This document shows, piece after piece, positions 1 through 7,606 of a stretch of 64,000 nt of DNA; position 1 is the stretch's first letter, and each line of letters starts with the position of its first letter. The notes under the pieces were generated by a model that had not been told where the DNA came from, searched no databases, and saw only the letters and a program-made list of their open reading frames with translations. The translations under genes were made by a program, and so were the position numbers. Source of the stretch: Prochlorococcus sp. AG-409-M05 (GTDB lineage: Bacteria > Cyanobacteriota > Cyanobacteriia > PCC-6307 > Cyanobiaceae); assembly GCA_003215435.1 (NCBI GenBank), contig QCKJ01000006.1, positions 4,070-68,069 of the forward strand, in the 5' to 3' direction.

Positions 1-968
1 TTAATTATGGCGAACTAGTCGGGCTTTTGGGTCCATCTGGCTGCGGCAAAACAACATTACTTCGTCTAATAGCTGGCTTTGAACGCCCAGCACAGGGAGA
101 AATCTCATTTAACGGCAGATTGATAGCAACCCCAAATGAGATGGTAGTCCCTGAGAAACGCGGGATTGGAATGGTTTTTCAAGATTATGCACTCTTTCCT
201 CATCTCAACACTTGGCAAAACTCTTGTTTTGGAATTAAACGAGGGCAGGATTATGCGCGTGTTGAGTGGCTGCTTGAGTTATTAGGGTTAATCGAATACC
301 GATATAGATACCCTCATGAACTTTCCGGTGGTCAACGTCAAAGACTTGCTTTAGTAAGAGCTTTAGCACCAGGGACATCATTGGTGCTACTTGATGAACC
401 TTTCTCAAGTCTTGATGTCGAGGTTAGGCATCGTCTTAGAAGTGAGTTGCGAGGTGTTCTAAAGACTTGTAATACCAGCGGACTTCTCGTTACGCATGAC
501 CCTCAGGAAGCGTTGGCCATTTGTGATCGCGTTGCAGTTTTAAGAGATGGTGATCTTCACCAGTGCTCTACACCCAAGGACCTTGTACATAAGCCTGCCA
601 CTCCTTTCGTTGGTAGATTTGTTCTTCAGCAAAATGTTTTGCCTGTTGAAACATGTGGAGATAATTGGACAACACCTATTGGGCCTATATCCAAACCGCT
701 TTTAAATGATCTGAAATATCCAACAGAGTTATTGGTTAACGAACAATCTTTAACTTTGAAGCACGATGCCAATGGCCAGGCACTTGTTCAGGCTAGAGAA
801 TTCCTTGGAAACTATTGGGTACTCAAAGTCACACTTGGTAATTATATTTTGAGAGTAAGACAACCGTTGGATAATAGTTTCTCAATTGGAGATAGGTGTT
901 TAATTGGGTTCATACCTGGCGAAAACGGTATACTTTTCCCTGGTTCTATACCTTGCCTATTAGGATGA
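1..968 (+). CDS. ABC importer ATP-binding subunit (FbpC/FutC/PotA-like), 5' end cut by window edge
   Basis: The frame is open from the window edge (..NYGELVGLLGPSGCGKTT). It has Walker A GPSGCGKT, VFQDYALFPHL, signature LSGGQRQR, Walker B LVLLDEPFS, an H-loop VTHD and a C-terminal TOBE-like extension. An Fe(III) substrate is only inferred from the adjacent ferritin locus. Confidence 0.85.
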   Translation, partial: NYGELVGLLGPSGCGKTTLLRLIAGFERPAQGEISFNGRLIATPNEMVVPEKRGIGMVFQDYALFPHLNTWQNSCFGIKRGQDYARVEWLLELLGLIEYRYRYPHELSGGQRQRLALVRALAPGTSLVLLDEPFSSLDVEVRHRLRSELRGVLKTCNTSGLLVTHDPQEALAICDRVAVLRDGDLHQCSTPKDLVHKPATPFVGRFVLQQNVLPVETCGDNWTTPIGPISKPLLNDLKYPTELLVNEQSLTLKHDANGQALVQAREFLGNYWVLKVTLGNYILRVRQPLDNSFSIGDRCLIGFIPGENGILFPGSIPCLLG

Positions 969-1204
969 TTAGATCCTTTATTATTTAGAGATATTTATAG
1001 TATTTGAACTTTGTTCAGGATAATTTACTGAATCCAAAATGTAATATTAAGGAGATTATTTATTTACTGCATTGACATTTACCACCTTTCCACTTAGAAC
1101 ATTTTTGTTTTTTGCAAGCTTTTTTTTTATTTCTTGTCATGATGCCTTCCCCTATTGAATTTTTAGGTAAAAATCCAATCTGAGATGTAGACATGACCAT
1201 CTAT

Positions 1205-1233
1205 TGAGATTGCTAGTGAGAACCATTAGCAAT
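1205..1233 (+). promoter_or_regulatory. Candidate operator upstream of ferritin-like gene (box ATTGCTAGTGAGAACC inside ATTGCTA-N11-TAGCAAT inverted repeat)
   Basis: Read directly. The box at 1209-1224 matches the minus-strand box upstream of the Crp-family gene at 14 of 16 positions. It is flanked by a TGAGA direct repeat (1205-1209 and 1217-1221) and 7-nt inverted arms (1209-1215 and 1227-1233). Confidence 0.4.
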
Positions 1234-1370
1234 TTAGGACTAAAAAACAAATTTAATGAGATATCTTCTTTTTATTTGAAGAGGATGTATCATTTATTAC
1301 ATGCCTCGATGAGGTTTCCTCCTTCTAAGGTTTCTCAGCCAAAACAAGGAATTTCATCCTTATTTCTCTC

Positions 1371-1952
1371 ATGAGTACCACCACAAAAAAATTAAATGTA
1401 AACATTGCAGTGGGCCCTGCAGGTAGGGCGATTGCCCAACCTATGGATGCTGCTCTAGTTGAGTCATTTCAATATCACTTGACTATGGAGAGAAATGCCA
1501 GTGCAGATTATTTTGCCAAAGCTATTTGGTTCGCTGAACGAGAATTAAATGGATTCGCTCTTTTTTTCAATGAAGAATCTAAATCTGAGCAAATTCATGC
1601 ATCCAAATTTGCTGATTACCTTATAGCCAGAGGGCAAACAGTTTTATTGCAAGATATCCCTGCCCCCGACCAAAGTTGGAGTTCAGTTGAGGATATAATG
1701 GCAGATTCCTTCCGAATGGAGTCTGATGTAACAACCTCACTCCACAACTTGTACGCTATTGCAGAGAGATCATCAGATATGCGCACTACGGTATTCCTTG
1801 ATCCAAATATTGAAAGTCAATTAAATTCTGAAAATGAATTTGCCCATTTATTGGGTAGAGTCCGCTTTGCTGATAATCAATCATCTGCAATGCTTATTAT
1901 TGATGGTGAGTTAACCGCAGGTAATCATTCTCCACTGAGTTTATCTAATTGA
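1371..1952 (+). CDS. Ferritin-like protein (ferritin family, with N-terminal extension)
   Basis: The ferritin four-helix pattern is present: HLTMERNASADY, an ExxH (SEQIH), FRMESD, and acidic residues in the last helix region. It has about 28 extra N-terminal residues relative to the canonical ferritin at 3080-3604. Confidence 0.8.
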   Translation: MSTTTKKLNVNIAVGPAGRAIAQPMDAALVESFQYHLTMERNASADYFAKAIWFAERELNGFALFFNEESKSEQIHASKFADYLIARGQTVLLQDIPAPDQSWSSVEDIMADSFRMESDVTTSLHNLYAIAERSSDMRTTVFLDPNIESQLNSENEFAHLLGRVRFADNQSSAMLIIDGELTAGNHSPLSLSN

Positions 1953-1973
1953 TCTTTAGAAGTGATTTTCAAA

Positions 1974-2246
1974 TTAAGTAGTGATCATCCTACTGCTTAT
2001 TTCTATTAGGAATTCAATACTTAGATCATCTTTAAGTTGAGTCTTTTCAATTGATCTAGATATTTTAAGTATATTTTTCTTTTTGTCTAATAGTTCTTTG
2101 TATTCTGATTCTAACCTTGCATTAAGATTGCAATTCTTACATGAATCAATGGATTTAGTTAGTTGTATACACCGAGAATTTATCTTACAGACTTCTCTAC
2201 ATAGACCGCCAATAACAGTATCTGAATAAGTAATTGTTGTTTGCAT
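1974..2246 (-). CDS. Hypothetical small protein, Cys-rich N-terminus plus predicted coiled-coil
   Basis: A 90-aa ORF that starts 11 nt downstream of the Crp-family gene on the same strand. It has five Cys in the first 40 residues (CREVC..C..CKNC) followed by a Lys/Glu/Leu-rich helix. I recognise no family. Confidence 0.4.
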   Translation of the reverse strand: MQTTITYSDTVIGGLCREVCKINSRCIQLTKSIDSCKNCNLNARLESEYKELLDKKKNILKISRSIEKTQLKDDLSIEFLIEISSRMITT

Positions 2247-2257
2247 TTTTATAACCT

Positions 2258-2854
2258 CTAAGCAGCAATTAGAGGGGCTGATTCGACAAGAATTGGAGCA
2301 AGTCTTAATTTTTGCTCTCCGTTAGGAACATTAATTAGTTGAGCAGAACGAAGCCTAGACATTAAGCGTGTTGAGGTCACTCGAGTTGAACCAATTAGTT
2401 CTCCTATCCGTTCATGTGTAAGACGAAATGGAAGATCACACCAATCTCCGCATCGTCTTCCAAGCCTAGTTACAAGTAAAGCAAAAAGTGCTTGTAGGCG
2501 ATGTTCAGCATTACCTAAATGACGTATCCGAAGTAATTGCAATGTCCATTCATTCACGGCATCGAATCCACTAGCATCACAAACCTCGGAATGATTTTTA
2601 AAGCAGAGAGGAGTAAGAGCTTCTACGCAGACACCTTCGCTACAGAGTCGATCAGTCCGCAATTGGTCTCCAGACTGTAGGAAAGCCAGTGTCATTCCTT
2701 CGGTCTCCTCACAAGGACAGTAAACACGTGCGATCCCTTCTATTACTTCAAGGCAAGATTTGCCTGAGCGAGAGGTTGGGTCAATAAGAACGGATTGTCC
2801 TGTTGGTACACGTACAGGACTAAATGGTTCTTCTGGTAAGAATCGAAAGCTCAT
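2258..2854 (-). CDS. Crp/Fnr-family transcriptional regulator, Cys-rich
   Basis: It has an N-terminal beta-barrel effector-like region and a C-terminal HTH (THERIGELIGSTRVTSTRLMSRLRS). There are nine Cys, including CPC, CSEGVC and CGDWC. Confidence 0.85.
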   Translation of the reverse strand: MSFRFLPEEPFSPVRVPTGQSVLIDPTSRSGKSCLEVIEGIARVYCPCEETEGMTLAFLQSGDQLRTDRLCSEGVCVEALTPLCFKNHSEVCDASGFDAVNEWTLQLLRIRHLGNAEHRLQALFALLVTRLGRRCGDWCDLPFRLTHERIGELIGSTRVTSTRLMSRLRSAQLINVPNGEQKLRLAPILVESAPLIAA

Positions 2855-2922
2855 TTAAGACAAATGACGGAGCTTGTTGAGAAGTGATCTCAACATATAT
2901 CAATCAAGAGACTTTTTGCAAG

Positions 2923-2961
2923 CGATTCTCAATAGCAATTCATAGTTGCGAGTGAGAATCG
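2923..2961. promoter_or_regulatory. Imperfect palindrome (two inverted copies of the ferritin-locus box) upstream of the Crp-family gene
   Basis: GATTCTCAATAGCAA (2924-2938) and TTGCGAGTGAGAATC (2946-2960) are reverse complements at 13 of 15 positions. The outer 9 nt, CGATTCTCA and TGAGAATCG, are perfect. The centre lies about 88 nt upstream of the start at 2854. Confidence 0.45.
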
Positions 2962-3079
2962 TTCTAGATAGTGGTTTTTGTAGCTTTGATAACTAGTCGG
3001 CGTAGTGAAAATATCAAAAAAAAATATATGTCTTTGCTTGCTGACTTTTGTTCTGCTGTAGAAGTCCCTGCGGATTTAT

Positions 3080-3604
3080 TTATTTTCTCAGTCCATCTGG
3101 GCTGGTTTTCACCGCAATGAGAGCCGTACCGTCTAGGAACTGTTGATCAAGTAGAAGTAGCGCAGCACTGTTATCACTTGCTAGTCGAAGACGCTTACGC
3201 ACAAACCTTGCTTCAGCCTCTTCTTGAAGTTGCTCTGCTACAAACCAATCCAGCATTGCGGTGGCACTTCTTTCTCCTGCTTGTTCTGCAATTGAATAAA
3301 TCCTATTTATTGAAGCCGTAACAGCTTGCTCCATTTCATAAACCTGATCAAACAAGGCTTGCGTTGATTCCCAACTTCTTTGAGGGGCCTCGATGCTGGG
3401 TAATTCCACTTGTTCATCACAATCAACAAGGTATGCCATTAAACGGTCAGCATGTCCGCGTTCTTCCTGGCTTTTGTTTTGCATATAGGCTGAAAAGCCA
3501 GCCAAATCCTTTTCTCGTAGCCAAATTGACATTGCCAGGTATGTATGACCAGATTGGAATTCGCAAGAGAGGTGATTATTTATGGCTTTAGTAAGTTCGT
3601 TCAT
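3080..3604 (-). CDS. ftn: Ferritin (non-haem bacterial Ftn type)
   Basis: A 174-aa protein with ferroxidase-centre residues in the canonical order: E in LSCEFQ, Y in GHTY, the ExxH in EERGH, E in YEMEQ, and EQLQEEAE. Confidence 0.9.
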   Translation of the reverse strand: MNELTKAINNHLSCEFQSGHTYLAMSIWLREKDLAGFSAYMQNKSQEERGHADRLMAYLVDCDEQVELPSIEAPQRSWESTQALFDQVYEMEQAVTASINRIYSIAEQAGERSATAMLDWFVAEQLQEEAEARFVRKRLRLASDNSAALLLLDQQFLDGTALIAVKTSPDGLRK

Positions 3605-3761
3605 CTTTAACTGTTAGTTCAGACTTTCTCAAGTTTAGACAAGCATTATTTATGGATTTCAAATTGCCCTTCATCCAATCCATTAAAATTATAATCTTAA
3701 ATTTAACGCACTATATTGAGTTCTTTTAACAAATTCGATAGTAGGGCGAAACAACGATTCT

Positions 3762-4493
3762 ATGACCCCCGTTACTTGTCCTACACCTCTTCTTGATAGA
3801 TTCAGTACCAACCCATTGATTTCAACTGGCAAAAGAAGGCTATTAGTAGTTTTTGGAACTTTGGGAGACTTCGATACTCTTGAATATGCACGTTTATTGG
3901 TTGAAGTTTTACCTAAACTGAGGGCTTCTGATATTGAGCTCCTTGCTATTGGTATTGGAAATGAATATTCAAAAGAAAGGTTTTTAGACTTTACCGATTT
4001 TCCTACTGAATCTCTTGAGATTGATCTAGACCCTATGCTTCATAATCATTTGAAGCTTTACTCAGGACTTCAAACACCATTCAGTTCTTTGGTGAATTTA
4101 ATAATAATGTGTACAGGCATAGGTTCTCCAGGAACTTTACAGGAGGTTGTCCGTGGATATACGGGGGATTTGAATTCTCAACAGCGTATTTCTTCAGAGG
4201 AATTTATTCAATTAGGACCTGGATTTAAATTCTCTGGAAAACTATTTGCTAGAGCTGGGGGTGAAGGGTTTTTAAGACCTTTTGAATTGGCAACTATCAG
4301 ATTGGAAAATATGTTTGAAGTAATATGTAATTGGGATAAATATATGCCTGGTAATAAATATCTTACACAAAGAGGTGGAACATTCTTGATCGATTATGAT
4401 AATACTTTATTATATTCATTCAAAGCAAAAGGTCTTTTGGGTTTTTCTGAAACAATGCAAAACCCATTAGAGTTTCTAGACCCATGGATCTGA
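3762..4493 (+). CDS. AhpC/TSA-like (PRXL2/AAED1-like) redoxin-fold protein
   Basis: RRLLVVFGTLGDFDTLEYARLL and AIGIGN blocks resemble the thioredoxin-fold AhpC/TSA antioxidant-domain family conserved in cyanobacteria and plastids. I did not see an obvious CxxC. The assignment is from memory. Confidence 0.55.
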   Translation: MTPVTCPTPLLDRFSTNPLISTGKRRLLVVFGTLGDFDTLEYARLLVEVLPKLRASDIELLAIGIGNEYSKERFLDFTDFPTESLEIDLDPMLHNHLKLYSGLQTPFSSLVNLIIMCTGIGSPGTLQEVVRGYTGDLNSQQRISSEEFIQLGPGFKFSGKLFARAGGEGFLRPFELATIRLENMFEVICNWDKYMPGNKYLTQRGGTFLIDYDNTLLYSFKAKGLLGFSETMQNPLEFLDPWI

Positions 4494-4612
4494 GCAACTA
4501 TTAAAATGAGAATTAAGACTATGCCATTTTCGAAGTATAGATAACTATACTTCCAGCATATAATAGTAAGTGAAGTGCCTAGGACAATTACTTTAGGATA
4601 ACGATTTTTCTT

Positions 4613-4831
4613 ATGAAGAAGCCATCTTGCTTGAATTGCGGTAGCCACAGTTTTCGTGCAGACAGAGCACTTGCTGGACGCTTAGTTTGCAATCTATGTG
4701 GAACACCATTAGGAGTAGGTTCAATCAGAAATACAAAAGTTTCTAGGTATAACAGCATCAAAAGATCAAGATTGAAGCTTTATCTTTTGATTGTTTTAGT
4801 TTTTTTATTTGTACTTATAATCAGTAGATAG
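4613..4831 (+). CDS. Hypothetical zinc-ribbon protein with C-terminal transmembrane anchor
   Basis: CLNC..(17)..CNLC is a four-Cys ribbon, followed by a basic linker and a hydrophobic tail LYLLIVLVFLFVLII. Confidence 0.4.
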   Translation: MKKPSCLNCGSHSFRADRALAGRLVCNLCGTPLGVGSIRNTKVSRYNSIKRSRLKLYLLIVLVFLFVLIISR

Positions 4832-4843
4832 ATGCTTGGGAAA

Positions 4844-5650
4844 CTACCTAAATTTCTTTTCACTTAAACTATAATGGCCATTGAATTCATTTACCATAAC
4901 GTGGAAGTTGAATAATTTTGATAAGTTATCCGAGGTGATCATTTGTTTAACAGCTCCATCCCCTACGATTTTTCCATCGGCTAGAAATATCACCCTATCT
5001 ATTTCTTCAACTATCTCTTCTACTTTGTGAGTAATCATTAATATTGTTTTACCATCCTTTGAGAGCCCATTTAGTATTTTTAAGAGTTGACTTGTTGCTT
5101 TTATGTCAAGTCCATTGGTGGGCTCATCAAGAATAAGTATATCCGGATCATGTATAAGTGCTCTTGCGATGAGTATTCTTCTCTTCTGTCCATCAGATAA
5201 TTCTCCGAAATAAGACTCCGAGAACTTGCTAAGGTCTAGTTTGTTAATTAAACTAGAAACCATTTTTATCTGACTATTACTTGGCTTGTGATTCTTTCCA
5301 ATTCCTATTGAGCCAAAGAAGCCTGAAATAATTATATCCTTAGCTTTCGAATAAGGGTTAGCCCTGACTTCTAGTTCAGTTGACAAAATACCAACCCGAG
5401 ACCTTAAACTCCAAAGATTTATTTTCTCTGATCCAAATATACGAAGATATGAACCTTGCTTTACTACTGGATAGAGACTTCTGCTTATGAGTCGCACTAA
5501 TAAACTTTTGCCAGAACCATTTGGACCTAGTATCAAAGTGTTCTCTCTAAGATAAAGATTTAGATCTATTCCATTAAGAACCTTTTTTTTATTTATAACT
5601 ACCTCTACTGAAGAAAGCTCTAACCATGGATTTCTCTTGGATTGAAACAA
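4844..5650 (-). CDS. ABC transporter ATP-binding protein (stand-alone, ModF-like)
   Basis: It has Walker A GPNGSGKS, signature LSDGQKRR, Walker B ILILDEPTNGLD and an H-loop ITHK. No permease gene is adjacent. Confidence 0.85.
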   Translation of the reverse strand: MFQSKRNPWLELSSVEVVINKKKVLNGIDLNLYLRENTLILGPNGSGKSLLVRLISRSLYPVVKQGSYLRIFGSEKINLWSLRSRVGILSTELEVRANPYSKAKDIIISGFFGSIGIGKNHKPSNSQIKMVSSLINKLDLSKFSESYFGELSDGQKRRILIARALIHDPDILILDEPTNGLDIKATSQLLKILNGLSKDGKTILMITHKVEEIVEEIDRVIFLADGKIVGDGAVKQMITSDNLSKLFNFHVMVNEFNGHYSLSEKKFR

Positions 5651-5942
5651 GGCGAAAATATTTTCAGTTGTTTTATTCTAGTAGAGCTAACTAATAAAGT
5701 TAGTCTAACTAAATCTACTTGTTTAGATGTGTTATTTGAAAAAATGAATTCACTCTCAAATTATACTTTTATCGTCTCCAACTTATTAGATTAAGATCTT
5801 GATTTTAATATCTCTAGCCATTTAGCATATCTGCATAGAAACCATATAACTGCCAGCTTGACCACAAAAAGATTCCTAAAAAAGCCCAATTCATCCATAT
5901 AGGCCTTTCGTTGTTTTCCATCACTATTTTTTGGGAGTTGGT

Positions 5943-7277
5943 TTAGATGATTAAGATTATCAGTCCTAGTGGAATCAATAACCTTAGAATTAATTGGATA
6001 GTAATCTCTCGGCTGTTCTCGTTTGAAAGCTTGGGATTCTCGGGGGGATATAGCATAGGTGCCTCTTCGTGGAAATTATTTGTAGAGGGTGCTTTGTGAT
6101 GTATATCCCATGGTCTTTCATTGTTTAGTGCATTTTGATACCAGTCCCAGTAATACTGAATCATCTTATCTTCACCAAGTAACTTGACATTATCCTTTTT
6201 TATATAACCCATCTGTTCATTAAAAGACTGAGTTTTTAGCACAAGATAATCTTCTGAAAATATCTTGTAAAAAATACGATGTTGTAATGGCTTAAACATT
6301 ATTAACTTCGTAAGGAATTTGTTCTTTAGGAATTTCCTGTAATGCCGAACAATTACCCGAGCTCTATTTCGACCGAGTGGAACATGGTCTAGGATTTGAA
6401 TGTAGCGTGCTGAATCTGGATTGCCTTTGTAGATACAAACTCTTCCGGGGGGAATAAATTTTAATGTTATAAACTCTTCTTTGTCACCAGTTTTGTGACT
6501 ATATTTACTTTCTATTTCTCTTTTACTTCTCTTTATTGTTTGATTAAAACTCGTGATAGCCTTTCTATTTACATCTTTGTCAGGGATTGTATCTCCATGT
6601 ATCCAGAAGATATGAAGAATATCTAAGTGGTTTTCAATGATTCGTGCCCAGTCACATTTGAAATCAACATAAACTTCTTCATATTTATATTCATTGGGTT
6701 TAAATCCATAAGAACTGGGTTGCGAGTCCTTAAGGGATGATTTAATTTCAAAATCTTCAAGATTAGTTTTAGCAGTCCCTGAGTAATATATATATATATA
6801 GCCCTCTTGCTCAACACATGGATATTGATATAAGTGAATTCTTTTTGCATAATTATTGTAGTTAGAGTCGATTATGTGTTGACAAGTTAGTCGATCTAGA
6901 TTTGTACACTCTCCTTCTGCTGAGAACCTTCCTCCATGATATGGACATACAAGCTCTCCTTTAACAATCTTTCCTCCAAGAAATGAAGCTCCTCTATGAG
7001 GGCATAGATCTTTTATACATCTAACTCTTGAATCTTTATCCCGATAAATAATTAATGGTTCATTATACATTGAAAAATGATATAGCTCTCCATCTTTAAT
7101 ACTCTTACTGCTTAAGACTGAATACCATCCGAGAAGACTTCCTGAAAGTTGATTCTCAGGCTTTGATGAGGTCTTCTCTTCTGTATGTTCCTGAGTACTA
7201 TTATCTACGGAACTGACAACAGCAGCACCACTTTGTATCTCAAGAGCTTTTGCTTGTTTCAGTCTTTCTTCACTCAT
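5943..7277 (-). CDS. Rieske [2Fe-2S] non-haem iron oxygenase of the PaO/CAO/Tic55 family; candidate Prochlorococcus-type chlorophyllide a oxygenase
   Basis: It has the Rieske motif CPH-X16-CPYH, the mononuclear iron motif ENHLDILHIFWIH (E-x3-D-x2-H-x4-H) and a C-terminal TM helix LILRLLIPLGLIILII. The specific CAO role is inference. Confidence 0.85.
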   Translation of the reverse strand: MSEERLKQAKALEIQSGAAVVSSVDNSTQEHTEEKTSSKPENQLSGSLLGWYSVLSSKSIKDGELYHFSMYNEPLIIYRDKDSRVRCIKDLCPHRGASFLGGKIVKGELVCPYHGGRFSAEGECTNLDRLTCQHIIDSNYNNYAKRIHLYQYPCVEQEGYIYIYYSGTAKTNLEDFEIKSSLKDSQPSSYGFKPNEYKYEEVYVDFKCDWARIIENHLDILHIFWIHGDTIPDKDVNRKAITSFNQTIKRSKREIESKYSHKTGDKEEFITLKFIPPGRVCIYKGNPDSARYIQILDHVPLGRNRARVIVRHYRKFLKNKFLTKLIMFKPLQHRIFYKIFSEDYLVLKTQSFNEQMGYIKKDNVKLLGEDKMIQYYWDWYQNALNNERPWDIHHKAPSTNNFHEEAPMLYPPENPKLSNENSREITIQLILRLLIPLGLIILII

Positions 7278-7606
7278 AGCATGTCTGCTCTGATCAATTG
7301 ACCGAAAAAGGTTCTGTGATTAAAACCATCCTAAGCCATCAACACACTAATTAAGCTTGGTGATGAAAATCGCTAGGTTCTGTCGCATGAAATGCGGTTT
7401 CTTCAAATTTGCTGTGTCTATTGAGCCCTTGTTATCAAGATAATTTCTAATGCCTTGCTCTGATTGGCTTCTTTCTTACTTGTTGGTCCAACCACGTGTT
7501 TCTATCATATCTTCCTTTCTCCTATGCTCCTTCATATTGCTCTATGCCTTTCTCAAGGATTACTTAGGCTTTTTTAGAGACATTTGTGGAGCCTCTCTTA
7601 ACCACA

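Noticed and set aside
3364-3591. A 75-codon ORF antisense to the ferritin gene. The ORFs at 4394-4648, 6623-6850, 7995-8237 and 8437-8622 are similar.
   Set aside because: Each lies antisense to or out of frame within better-supported genes, and none has recognisable features.
7309-7383. Direct repeat AGGTTCTGT (7309-7317 and 7375-7383) in the ABC-2 leader.
   Set aside because: A 9-nt repeat within about 70 nt in a 300-nt spacer is not far from chance expectation, and no supporting structure surrounds it.
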